From contig NZ_QNRX01000001.1 in the NCBI RefSeq assembly GCF_003317055.1, positions 93,641 through 125,640 of the forward strand: a DNA stretch of 32,000 bases, written 5' to 3'. Position numbers and translations under genes: made by a program. This document shows positions 1-8,261 of the stretch, piece after piece; positions within the stretch are counted from its first letter, which is position 1, and each line of letters opens with the position of its first letter. The DNA is from Alkalibaculum bacchi (GTDB taxonomy: Bacteria; Bacillota; Clostridia; Eubacteriales; Alkalibacteraceae). The notes beneath the pieces are model-generated. The model did no database searches and was not told the origin of the DNA. It saw nothing but the letters and a program-made list of their open reading frames with translations.

Positions 1-1
1 C

Positions 2-103
2 GGACAAACAGCAGCACTAAGCAGAATCATCTATGGTCTCGTTGGATTAGCTGGACTTTATTCTATTAAATTCTTAGTAGGAGAAAGAAGAGTAGATAGC
101 TGA
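2..103 (+). CDS. 3' end of a small membrane protein, possibly DUF378/YuzA-like (partial)
   Basis: Frame 2 reads GQTAALSRIIYGLVGLAGLYSIKFLVGERRVDS and stops at TGA 101-103. The Gly/Leu-rich hydrophobic tail resembles DUF378 proteins. The 5' end lies outside the window. Confidence 0.4.
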   Translation, partial: GQTAALSRIIYGLVGLAGLYSIKFLVGERRVDS

Positions 104-107
104 TAGA

Positions 108-305
108 AACGAGGTGGTCAGGTGGTCAGCAAAACCGTGGCCACCAATGGTGGCTATTATGGCGGAACGGTGAGACACCGTTCCCTACCTCTTCTAGCCT
201 ATAGACGAGTTTTTCCACTTTCCACCTTTAACTCTACACATCATGCTTTTCCCATCTAACTGTCCAACTAAAAGATTTCCGCTTTCCGCATTCAGCTTTC
301 AGCTA
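108..305 (-). repeat. Mosaic intergenic element (heptamer GCnGAAA words, octamer GACCACCT words, hairpins), inverted relative to copies at 3579 and 19211
   Basis: GGTGGTCAGGTGGTCAGC lies at 113-130. The hairpins are GCCACC-aat-GGTGGC and GGAACGGTG-aga-CACCGTTCC. A degenerate CTAGCCtataGACGAG+T5 hairpin and TTTCCGCTTTCCGCATTCAGCTTTCAGC (276-305) follow, abutting the sbcC-like stop. Confidence 0.7.
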
Positions 306-306
306 A

Positions 307-2433
307 TTACAATTTTATTATTTGAAAATCTTCCGTATATTTACTCATTATTTCCATCTCTCTTCTCTGAGAAGTAAAGATGATGATCTGCCTATTAGAT
401 GATTTTTTTATAATATATTTTAGTACATTAGACAATCGATTTTCGTCGTATTGAATAAAGGTTTCATCTAATAACACGGGAAAGGTGGTACTGCTTATAA
501 ATTCATTTAATCCCAATCGAAAGGCAAAATAAATTTGATCCATAGTACCTGAACTAAGTTTATTTAAGTCTATAAATTGATGATATATAGGGTCTTCAAC
601 TTTTATTTCTAAATCTTTAGATACTTTAACTACTTTATATTTTTCTGTAATCTCTCCTACAATTTTGCCGAGAAGTCTGTTTAACTCTGGTGCAAATTCA
701 TTGTGAATTTCTGCTGAAAGTTTTTGAATGGTATCCATAGCTAATTGTAAGGCGTCTTGTTTTCCTTGAAGCTTTTCTAATTCTCTTTCATGGTAATGAA
801 TATCATTTTCTACATCTGAAAGATCAACTAATTCATCTAAAATACTCTCAACACTTCCTTGAAGTTTAGATTTCTTCAAATTCATATCATTGATTTCTTT
901 ATCTTTTGCATTTTTCTTAAGTACTAATGCATCTAGATCTAATTCTACCTTGAACTGTGCATATTGAGAGTATTCTAAAGCTTTTGCCTGCCATTTATCT
1001 AGTTCTTTTAAGGGAATAAGGGTCTCTAATAATATGGTGCTGTTTTCTAATTGTTTCTCTAGTGCTTCTACATCCCTTTTACTTTTCAAATGGGCTTCAT
1101 ATGCTTCAATACTTACAACTTTATTCTTTTGGAGAAGTTTTCTTACCTCTAAATCAAGGCGTTCTATCTTGCTTTTATAATCATCAATGGTTTCATTAAA
1201 CTCTTTTGTCTTTTGTCTTTCAAAAACGAACTCTTCACCTACAGCCTTTCTCTGCTCTTCGTATTGCCTGCCATAATCTGAGGTCTTTTTATAAAAGTAA
1301 ATAACAAAGAAAATAAAGATAAGAAGAGTGTAAAAAAGAGGATGAAGAATACTACCCAGAAGACCGCAAATACTTGCTATACTGCTTAAGATCATAAATC
1401 TTTTGCTTTGATTCTGTTTTTCTTTTAAAGAATCCACTCTTTGTTGATTTTGTTCATCTTTTATCTCTGTTTTATGGGTACCTTTTTTAGAGATCATATC
1501 CTCTACATGCTTTTCTAATATTTCAATTTCCGTCCGCATGCCCTTTATGCGATCATATTCTTCTTCTGAAACCTCTTCATAGGAGATTTTAGAGATTTTT
1601 TTTAGAATTTCATTATTTTCTTTTAATTTTGATTCATATTCTTGCACTTTGCATAATGCTTCATAGGACTGACCGGATAAAATATTCTTATGATACTCTT
1701 CCCTCTCTATTATTGCTTTTTGAATACGATCTTCTATTTTGTTGATTTCTTCCGTGAGCTCTTCTACCTTTATCATATTAGATCGTATTTTATCTTTATC
1801 TTCTTGAAGGCTTTTAATATGATATTTTACTTTATAAATAGGCGAGTCTTTTCTTCTTTCCGTTCCAATCTCATTATAGCTATCATTTAAACTCTTTAAT
1901 GCCTTCTGAACAGATAGATCTCCCTTGCTTTCTCCTAAATTAGCAAGATAGTCTTTTAACTCTTCAGATAGCTCTTTGCTAGTTCTACATCCTAGTTGAG
2001 AGATGCTCACAGTATTATTGTAAATTCTCCTATTCATCATACTCTCCTCAAAGGGTGCATACAGTTTTATTGCAGAATCGTAGTAAAATTCCTTGCTAAT
2101 ATCTTCACCTGTTCCCTCATCATAGAGCACTACTTTATCTTTGCCTTTTAGAAGATTTCTCTCTATTCGTACCTCTCTGCAATCTTCTTCATAAATCAGA
2201 ATGCCTTCATAAGAACTAGAAAACATGGGCAAGTATTTTTCATAATCAGGATTATAGGTTCTACGGCTTTTATAATCTTTATAAAAACCAAAGAACATAG
2301 CCTCAATAAACTTATGTACAGTGGATTTTCCAGCTTCATTTTCTCCATATATAATATTAATTCCTGGTTTTAGTGAAATCTTTTTATTTTGGTACTTGCC
2401 AAAAGAAGTAATGATTAATTCTTTTATATACAC
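307..2433 (-). CDS. SbcC/YhaN-like AAA ATPase (DNA repair, Rad50/SMC-like) with a central transmembrane hairpin
   Basis: The N-terminal Walker A is GENEAGKST. Long charged coiled-coil stretches are present. The hydrophobic segment is FMILSSIASICGLLGSILHPLFYTLLIFIFFVIYFY. The C-terminal signature/Walker B region reads LSSGTMDQIYFAFRL...PVLLDETF. It overlaps the upstream phosphoesterase gene by 10 nt. Confidence 0.8.
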   Translation of the reverse strand: MYIKELIITSFGKYQNKKISLKPGINIIYGENEAGKSTVHKFIEAMFFGFYKDYKSRRTYNPDYEKYLPMFSSSYEGILIYEEDCREVRIERNLLKGKDKVVLYDEGTGEDISKEFYYDSAIKLYAPFEESMMNRRIYNNTVSISQLGCRTSKELSEELKDYLANLGESKGDLSVQKALKSLNDSYNEIGTERRKDSPIYKVKYHIKSLQEDKDKIRSNMIKVEELTEEINKIEDRIQKAIIEREEYHKNILSGQSYEALCKVQEYESKLKENNEILKKISKISYEEVSEEEYDRIKGMRTEIEILEKHVEDMISKKGTHKTEIKDEQNQQRVDSLKEKQNQSKRFMILSSIASICGLLGSILHPLFYTLLIFIFFVIYFYKKTSDYGRQYEEQRKAVGEEFVFERQKTKEFNETIDDYKSKIERLDLEVRKLLQKNKVVSIEAYEAHLKSKRDVEALEKQLENSTILLETLIPLKELDKWQAKALEYSQYAQFKVELDLDALVLKKNAKDKEINDMNLKKSKLQGSVESILDELVDLSDVENDIHYHERELEKLQGKQDALQLAMDTIQKLSAEIHNEFAPELNRLLGKIVGEITEKYKVVKVSKDLEIKVEDPIYHQFIDLNKLSSGTMDQIYFAFRLGLNEFISSTTFPVLLDETFIQYDENRLSNVLKYIIKKSSNRQIIIFTSQRREMEIMSKYTEDFQIIKL

Positions 2434-3512
2434 GGTTCACTCTCCTTTAAAAGAGCTTCTAAACCCAAATACAAGGCATCTTTGTTTTTTTGTTCCTCTA
2501 AATCCAATCTCTTCATTTCGTCTATGAACATCCCAATAATATTATCTTTATTTTCTAAATAGATTTTCTCTAAATCGTAATCTGGTCTAGTACTATCATT
2601 GATTTCTACATAGTAAAATTCTTTAGTGGCCTCTTCCATCAATTGTTCTATATTAATATCTGAATCTCTAAATCCCTTCAAATGGAGCCTATAAAGGTTT
2701 TTTCTATCTTTAAAACTACAGAGTTTATAAAGGATTTCTTCATACGTCATCTCAGGGGTACATTCTACTTCTTTTATGAAGAATTCTCTTTTAGCCATAG
2801 GCACGAATTGTACCTGCAACTTATGAACGCCTATTACTCCTAATAACACCCCTCGATCTCCAACTTCTCCAAAATCTAAAGGTTCCGGGCTACCTGCATA
2901 CCTCATATTTTTTTGTATTTCATCTTGTTTATGTATATGACCTAAAGCAATGTACTGAAAAGGAAATGTAGCCAAATGATCTTTATCAATTGGCAGATAT
3001 TGTGAGTTCTTATTGTACACATCTCCATGAAGCAAAAGAATGTTCTCTTGAGACTCATCTAATTCACCTAAGTCAAAGGTAAAGGGCTCTTCTATATACT
3101 TGGTCGTCCAGGCAAAGCCGTATACATTTGTCTGAAGCTCTGGAAAACTAACCTTTGTCAGCTTCCTAGTTTTAAAGACTGTAACATTAGGATTCCATTC
3201 TATTTTTTTGTAAGGAGACCTGTCCCAATAATAATCATGATTTCCAGGGGAAATAATCACATTTGTCTCAGGAATACTCTTAAAAGCCTCATTTATTCTC
3301 TTTACTTGACCTATGGTGATGAGATGATCTTCAAACAAATCTCCACTGATGAATAAGAAATTTGTACTTTCCTTCTTTGCTAATTGAATAATATCAAAGA
3401 AAGTATCCCACATTTCCTCCCGTCGATTTTTTGCAATATCTCTTGGAAAACTAGCATGATTAAAAGTAGAACCCAAATGTAAGTCTGCCGTGTGAATAAA
3501 TTTAATGGTCAT
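2424..3512 (-). CDS. SbcD/YhaO-like metallophosphoesterase (DNA repair exonuclease)
   Basis: MTIKFIHTADLHLG, GDLFE, GNHD and GHIH are calcineurin-like phosphoesterase motifs. The start is trimmed to the ATG at 3512, which is preceded by GGAGG. The longer ORF up to 3665 runs into repeat DNA. Confidence 0.8.
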   Translation of the reverse strand: MTIKFIHTADLHLGSTFNHASFPRDIAKNRREEMWDTFFDIIQLAKKESTNFLFISGDLFEDHLITIGQVKRINEAFKSIPETNVIISPGNHDYYWDRSPYKKIEWNPNVTVFKTRKLTKVSFPELQTNVYGFAWTTKYIEEPFTFDLGELDESQENILLLHGDVYNKNSQYLPIDKDHLATFPFQYIALGHIHKQDEIQKNMRYAGSPEPLDFGEVGDRGVLLGVIGVHKLQVQFVPMAKREFFIKEVECTPEMTYEEILYKLCSFKDRKNLYRLHLKGFRDSDINIEQLMEEATKEFYYVEINDSTRPDYDLEKIYLENKDNIIGMFIDEMKRLDLEEQKNKDALYLGLEALLKESEPCI

Positions 3513-3578
3513 GTCTGCCTCCGTTCTAGTTATACGTTCTATTGGTATGTGAAAAAGGAAAAAATTATTCGCTAATGA

Positions 3579-3772
3579 GATGATGGTTGGACGGTTGGAC
3601 GGGAAAAAGCAGAAAGCTGAATGCTGAAAGCGGAAAACTCGCCTTTGGGCGAGAAAAGGACCCATGCTTATGATAATTTAATTCCTAGATCCTTCGTCGC
3701 AAGCTCCTCAGGATGACCGTGTAGTAGCTAGAGGCTCAATAGAGATTCGCAGACGATTGCTTTCTAGCTACT
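3579..3772 (+). repeat. Mosaic intergenic element copy F
   Basis: GGTTGGACGGTTGGAC comes first. Four heptamers follow (GCAGAAA GCTGAAT GCTGAAA GCGGAAA, 3609-3636). The CTCGCC-tttg-GGCGAG hairpin lies at 3638-3653. The mini-core GATCCTTCGTCGCAAGCTCCTCAGGATGACCGTGTAG lies at 3688-3724. A 10-bp hairpin AGTAGCTAGA/TCTAGCTACT spans 3723-3772. Confidence 0.8.
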
Positions 3773-3782
3773 TCACAATTGT

Positions 3783-4523
3783 TCAACTATTGTTCTTTTT
3801 CAATTCCATCTGTATTTCCGCTTGAGATTTTCGCATGTAGTTTGGTTCTAGATTGGAATAGGTGGTGGTTACTCCTTTTTTAGCAACATCTAAGGACAAA
3901 CTGGCTAGAGAGGAAGCCTTTGGCATTCTACTAGATACTGGGGCTACTTTTAGCAAATTTTTGTATTTTTCTAGAGCTTCGTAGGGGATTTTTTTTACGC
4001 CATCTCCTAATAGAACCACTCCTTTTCCTTGACCTGTAATGATATTTAAAAGCTCCTCTATAGAATACACAGATTCTTGAGTTAATGCTTGTAAACCTTC
4101 TTCTGTCCATTCATAAAAACAAGTGTATACTTGATCCCTTTGTGCGTCAATAATAGGGCATATGATTTCCTTGCAAAAAGGCAGATTATATGCTAAAGCT
4201 TCTAATGTGGATAAAGGGATGACCGGTTTATTTAAACTTTGGGCTAAGCCCTTAACCGTAGCTATAGCGATTCTAAGCCCTGTAAAAGAACCAGGTCCTA
4301 CTGTACAGCTAAATAAATCTACATCTTTAAGTTCTAAACCTGAATTTTTTAGCACCTCTTCGATTAAAAGCATAAGCCTTTCTGAATGATTTTTTTTCTT
4401 AGAATGTATGGTAGTTTCACTATATAGTTTTTCTTCATCTGCTATTGCAGCAGTTGCAACTACAGTTGCAGTATCTAAGGCCAATATTTTCATAATATTC
4501 CTACTTTCTACGTTATACTTCAT
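3783..4523 (-). CDS. tsaB: tRNA t6A37 biosynthesis protein TsaB
   Basis: MKILALDTATVV...GPGSFTGLRI is typical of TsaB/YeaZ. An ATGA overlap with the tsaE stop occurs at 4520-4523. An alternative start at 4493 gives MKILALD. Confidence 0.85.
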   Translation of the reverse strand: MKYNVESRNIMKILALDTATVVATAAIADEEKLYSETTIHSKKKNHSERLMLLIEEVLKNSGLELKDVDLFSCTVGPGSFTGLRIAIATVKGLAQSLNKPVIPLSTLEALAYNLPFCKEIICPIIDAQRDQVYTCFYEWTEEGLQALTQESVYSIEELLNIITGQGKGVVLLGDGVKKIPYEALEKYKNLLKVAPVSSRMPKASSLASLSLDVAKKGVTTTYSNLEPNYMRKSQAEIQMELKKNNS

Positions 4524-4963
4524 AAATGAATGTCATAATACTCTAAGCCTTTAAGAAGAAGGCTTCTCTTATTAAAATCTTCTGCCTTATTTAACGTAAT
4601 CCATATCTTTTTCTGTGGTAGCTCATGAGCAATAATATCTGCCCACTCAATAATAATCACACTATCATCTCGGATGTACTCCTCAAAACCCATTGCAGAT
4701 AATTCATCGTAATCACTTACTCTATAAATATCAAAGTGATAAACGAAACAATCATCTAGATGGTATTCGTTGACTAATGTATAGGTAGGGCTCGTTATAT
4801 ACTTGTCTTCTACGCCTAAGCCCCGAATGATTCCCTGGGATAATGCGGTCTTGCCGGCTCCCATTTCACCTTCGATACACACAATAGAACCAGGAGGGAG
4901 TTTTTGGCCTAGAGCAAATCCAAACTCATAAGTTTCCTCTGACGACTTGCTATTTATTTTCAT
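4520..4963 (-). CDS. tsaE: tRNA t6A37 biosynthesis ATPase TsaE
   Basis: The P-loop is GEMGAGKT, and SPTYTLVNEY and HFDIYR motifs are present. The start at 4963 is preceded by AAAGGAGAA. The longer ORF up to 5002 runs into a heptamer repeat. Confidence 0.85.
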   Translation of the reverse strand: MKINSKSSEETYEFGFALGQKLPPGSIVCIEGEMGAGKTALSQGIIRGLGVEDKYITSPTYTLVNEYHLDDCFVYHFDIYRVSDYDELSAMGFEEYIRDDSVIIIEWADIIAHELPQKKIWITLNKAEDFNKRSLLLKGLEYYDIHL

Positions 4964-4984
4964 TTGTTCTCCTTTCGTCAATAA

Positions 4985-5029
4985 GCGGAAAGCAGAAAGC
5001 AAAAAGCCGAAAAAGCAATTTGCTTTCTG
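4985..5029 (+). repeat. Heptamer word array (GCGGAAA GCAGAAA GCAAAAA GCCGAAAAA) with a CAGAAAGCA/TGCTTTCTG stem
   Basis: Period-7 units were read directly, between the MetH-like stop and the tsaE start. Confidence 0.7.
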
Positions 5030-5103
5030 TCAAATAATCTTTCCTTTGGAATTTCTGCTAAAGAGATGTTACATTTCGAAATAAATGAATTCCTAAGCTT
5101 ATC

Positions 5104-6846
5104 TTATGATCTACTATTGGGAGCTACATCTACTTCAGTAGTATTAATACGATATTTCTTAGTATACTCTTTGCCATTAGGGTCTGTGCCTGTAAAAACT
5201 CTGTAGGCTTCTATGGTTTCAAGCATATCTTTATCATATACGTTCATCATGACTGCATCAAGACCTTTGGCTAAAGCCATTGCAAAATACGTTCGATCTA
5301 GCACCCTTCGGTTAGGTAAACTAAAGGACACATTAGCAACACCTAACATAGTCTTTACTCCTAGTTTCTTTATCTGTTCTACTACTTGTAGGGTATCCAT
5401 CAAACTCTCTCCGTGTGTTTTAGCAGGAAGAGACAGACAGTCTACGATGATATCCTTTTTATCAATGCCATATTCTGAAGCCCTTTGAATAATCTTTTTA
5501 GCAATCTCAACCCTTTCTGAGGCCTTTTCGCAAATTCCCCTTTCATCAAAAGTCATTGCAATAACTAAAGAACCGTATTTTTGCGCAATTGGGAAGATCT
5601 TCTTCATACTCTTCTCTGTACCATTGACAGAATTAATGATTGCTTTTCCTGGATATACTCGCAAAGCTGCTTCAATGATTTCAGCGTGAATGCTGTCAAT
5701 TTGAAGTGGTGCGTCTACGCTTGAAGCGATTTCTTCTATTCCACAAAGCATAGCCTCCATCTCGTCAACTCCAGGAACGCTAACATTTAAATTAATAATT
5801 TGTGCGCCACATTTTTTTTGTTTTCTAGCAGTGGAATAGAAAAAAGAATCCTTCTTATTTAAAAGAGCATCTGTATACTCTTTTCTTCCGGTTGGAACTA
5901 AGGCCTCACCCATGATGGTAATCCCTTCAAATAAGATGGGGTTTTTTGGTGATGCTGCAATGGTAAAATTTTTCTTTTCTTGAAGATTTAACTCCACATT
6001 TTGTAATAGTTTTTTACATTCTGCAATATGAAGTGGTGTTGTTCCGCAACACCCTCCAACTATGGATACTCCCATATGAACCATCTTTTTCATATTTTCA
6101 GCAAATGCCTTTTCATCAATATCATAGTGAGTTTGATTGTCTACTACTATTGGAAGCCCAGCATTAGGCTGCGCAATAATTGGTGTAGAAGAATAAGCCA
6201 CGATCTTTTCAACTATAGGAAGTAATTGTTCTGGGCCAAAGGAACAATTAATGCCTATAGCATCTACTCTTAAACCTTCCAATACAGCTACCATAGTCAC
6301 TGGATCTACACCAAACATGGTTTTTCCGTTTTTGTTAAAAGTCATCGTGCATACAATTGGTAAATCGGAATTTTCTTTTGCTGCTAAAACGGCAATTCTT
6401 GCTTCTGAAATATCCGTCATAGTCTCAACTATAATGAGATCACAACCTGCTTTCTTTCCAGCTAGAACTTGTTTTTTAAATTGTTCATACGCTTCATCAA
6501 AGGTCAAATCTCCAATAGGCTCCATCATTTTTCCTAAAGGTCCTATATCTAATGCCACATAAGCGTCTTCTGCTACTTCTCTAGCATTATGAACCCCTGC
6601 AGTAATAATCTCTTCAAGGGAATAATTGCTCCCCTTTAACTTAAAGTCATTGGCTCCAAAAGTATTGGTAGTAATTACATTTGCTCCAGCATGTACATAT
6701 TCTTTGTGAATTTTTTGAATGAGTTCTGGTTTCGTTATATTAAGTTCATCTGGAATCTTAGCTTCTGGTGCCTCCGCTTGAATCCTCGTTCCCAAAGCTC
6801 CATCAAAGATGAGTAATTCCCGTCCTAATTTGTCTATTATATCCAT
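5104..6846 (-). CDS. Homocysteine S-methyltransferase plus pterin-binding domain protein (MetH-like, no cobalamin module visible)
   Basis: The N-terminus DGALGT...TNTFGAN...GGCCGTTP matches the Hcy-binding domain. The C-terminal half looks like the pterin-binding barrel (INLNVS...INSVNG...GVANVSFSLP). At 580 aa it ends before any B12-binding domain. Confidence 0.75.
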   Translation of the reverse strand: MDIIDKLGRELLIFDGALGTRIQAEAPEAKIPDELNITKPELIQKIHKEYVHAGANVITTNTFGANDFKLKGSNYSLEEIITAGVHNAREVAEDAYVALDIGPLGKMMEPIGDLTFDEAYEQFKKQVLAGKKAGCDLIIVETMTDISEARIAVLAAKENSDLPIVCTMTFNKNGKTMFGVDPVTMVAVLEGLRVDAIGINCSFGPEQLLPIVEKIVAYSSTPIIAQPNAGLPIVVDNQTHYDIDEKAFAENMKKMVHMGVSIVGGCCGTTPLHIAECKKLLQNVELNLQEKKNFTIAASPKNPILFEGITIMGEALVPTGRKEYTDALLNKKDSFFYSTARKQKKCGAQIINLNVSVPGVDEMEAMLCGIEEIASSVDAPLQIDSIHAEIIEAALRVYPGKAIINSVNGTEKSMKKIFPIAQKYGSLVIAMTFDERGICEKASERVEIAKKIIQRASEYGIDKKDIIVDCLSLPAKTHGESLMDTLQVVEQIKKLGVKTMLGVANVSFSLPNRRVLDRTYFAMALAKGLDAVMMNVYDKDMLETIEAYRVFTGTDPNGKEYTKKYRINTTEVDVAPNSRS

Positions 6847-7116
6847 TTTTCTATTCTCCGCCCCTTCTTTTTTAAAATATTTAATAAACTTATTAACTTA
6901 TTAAATATTTTTCATCTTTCAACAAATCATATATGTATTATAACAATATTGTGCTTTAAAAAAAACTTATTTCAACTATTGTTCAATAGTATTTACAAAA
7001 ATTGTAATCAAAAATCTCTTTATATCTTTGATTCAATACTACAAAATATTACCAGATTATTTTTTTGAAATAGATACAAACTATAACTACACCAACAAAT
7101 AAAGGAGGCAACAAAA

Positions 7117-7302
7117 ATGAGTAGAAGAAAACAAAAAGCAGGATTAGAAAATTTTAAACAAGAATGTGCTAATGATTTAAACATTAATTTGAAACAAGGC
7201 TACAATGGAGATTTAACTTCTAAGCAAGCTGGCTCCATTGGTGGAGAAATGGTTAAGAGAATGGTTCGTTCTTACGAAGAAAAAAATATGAATAATCAAT
7301 AA
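7117..7302 (+). CDS. Small acid-soluble spore protein, alpha/beta type
   Basis: The 61-aa product carries the LENFKQECANDL and GSIGGEMVKRMV motifs typical of alpha/beta SASPs. A strong RBS (AAAGGAGG) lies upstream. Confidence 0.85.
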   Translation: MSRRKQKAGLENFKQECANDLNINLKQGYNGDLTSKQAGSIGGEMVKRMVRSYEEKNMNNQ

Positions 7303-7308
7303 TAAAAA

Positions 7309-7400
7309 ATGTGCCTTGGTTGCTAGTCATTAGTTTCTAGTCACTAGCACTAATGTATTTCTTTAGGGTCTAAATGCTTCATTTACGCTTAAGTGTCTAA
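7309..7400 (+). repeat. Mosaic intergenic element copy H
   Basis: The heptamers TAGTCAT TAGTTTC TAGTCAC TAGCACT lie at 7324-7351. GTATTTCTTTAGGGTC follows, related to the GTATTCCTTTTGGGTC module. Confidence 0.7.
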
Positions 7401-7442
7401 TAAATCATTAAATCCTAAAGTAAAATTTTCAATAAAAGACAT

Positions 7443-7469
7443 GAAAGCGTCCCTCTATGGGACGCTTTC
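7443..7469. terminator. Bidirectional stem-loop between the convergent SASP and ribU genes
   Basis: GAAAGCGTCCC-tctat-GGGACGCTTTC forms an 11-bp perfect stem. The flanking runs are A/T-rich but short. Confidence 0.55.
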
Positions 7470-7489
7470 AACATTCTAATTTTCGAAAT

Positions 7490-8077
7490 TTATTTATGTA
7501 ATATAGGAGATACTTTTTTATACATTAACATAGTGATAATAGAAATACCTAAAGTTTTTAATATATTAAATGGTGTAATTCCGTATAATATTAATGTTAA
7601 ATAGTCTTTTATAGCCGGATTCACTACAGAGCCCATTCCTACAATTGCTTCCATTGGCATCATGGTCTCGTAAAATGGAAGAGTAATATAATAGTTTACA
7701 AATCCTGCAATGATAATCATGCTTATGGCTCCTACTGTCAATCCAGTAATTGCATTTTTCTTTGTTTTCTCACGTTTATAAATCATTCCTATAGGAATGA
7801 CCCAAGCACAACCTATAAGGAAGTTTGCCAATTGTCCTACCCCACCTGTTTCCGATCCTTTTACAATAAGATGCAAAATATTTTTGATGAACTCGATAAG
7901 TACACCAGCTACTGGACCCATAGAAAAAGCACCTAGTATAGCGGGAATATCGCTGACATCAATTTTTAAAAACGCTGGAAATAACATAGGAATAGGAAAA
8001 TCAATATACATTAAAATAAATGCAATTGTACTGAGAACTGCTATTCTCACCAAATATTTTGTTTTGTTGCTAGCCAT
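7490..8077 (-). CDS. ribU: ECF transporter S component, riboflavin (RibU-like)
   Basis: The 195-aa product is a multi-pass membrane protein. It sits downstream of an FMN riboswitch on the same strand. Confidence 0.75.
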   Translation of the reverse strand: MASNKTKYLVRIAVLSTIAFILMYIDFPIPMLFPAFLKIDVSDIPAILGAFSMGPVAGVLIEFIKNILHLIVKGSETGGVGQLANFLIGCAWVIPIGMIYKREKTKKNAITGLTVGAISMIIIAGFVNYYITLPFYETMMPMEAIVGMGSVVNPAIKDYLTLILYGITPFNILKTLGISIITMLMYKKVSPILHK

Positions 8078-8126
8078 AATAAAGCCTCCTTAAATTATAA
8101 TTGGAATAATTACTCTCATGTGGATA

Positions 8127-8259
8127 AGAAAGCGCCTTCGGCACTTTAGTCGTTCATCTTTAATCCTTAGCATTCGGGCATTCCTTTTGGGTCAAAATCC
8201 TTCGCTTGCGCTCAGGATGACTAGGAAAGAGCTAGGTCAAAAGTGGGACTTTCGTATTC
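8127..8259 (+). repeat. Mosaic intergenic element copy A (full core)
   Basis: The AAAGCGCC-ttc-GGCACTTT hairpin lies at 8129-8147. The core spans 8176-8259 and reads GGGCATTCCTTTTGGGTCAAAATCCTTCGCTTGCGCTCAGGATGACTAGGAAAGAGCTAGGTCAAAAGTGGGACTTTCGTATTC. Confidence 0.85.
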
Positions 8260-8261
8260 AA

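Noticed and set aside
3513-3665. N-terminal extension of the SbcD-like ORF. Similar extensions occur at 4964-5002 for tsaE, 17269-17298 for HD-GYP and 18137-18208 for the 209-aa protein.
   Set aside because: The extensions run through heptamer repeats, inverted repeats or AT-rich leader. Internal ATGs with good Shine-Dalgarno sequences coincide with the conserved family N-termini.
6847-7116. Searched for an S-box, T-box or B12 riboswitch upstream of the MetH-like gene
   Set aside because: The region is AT-rich without the conserved GC-rich helices of those leaders. It probably just holds divergent promoters for the methyltransferase and SASP genes.
8243-8252. GGGACTTTCG (reverse complement CGAAAGTCCC) resembles the GGAAAGUCC box of RNase P RNA
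   Set aside because: Only a match of about 8 nt inside a repeat copy. None of the other RNase P conserved regions are present nearby.
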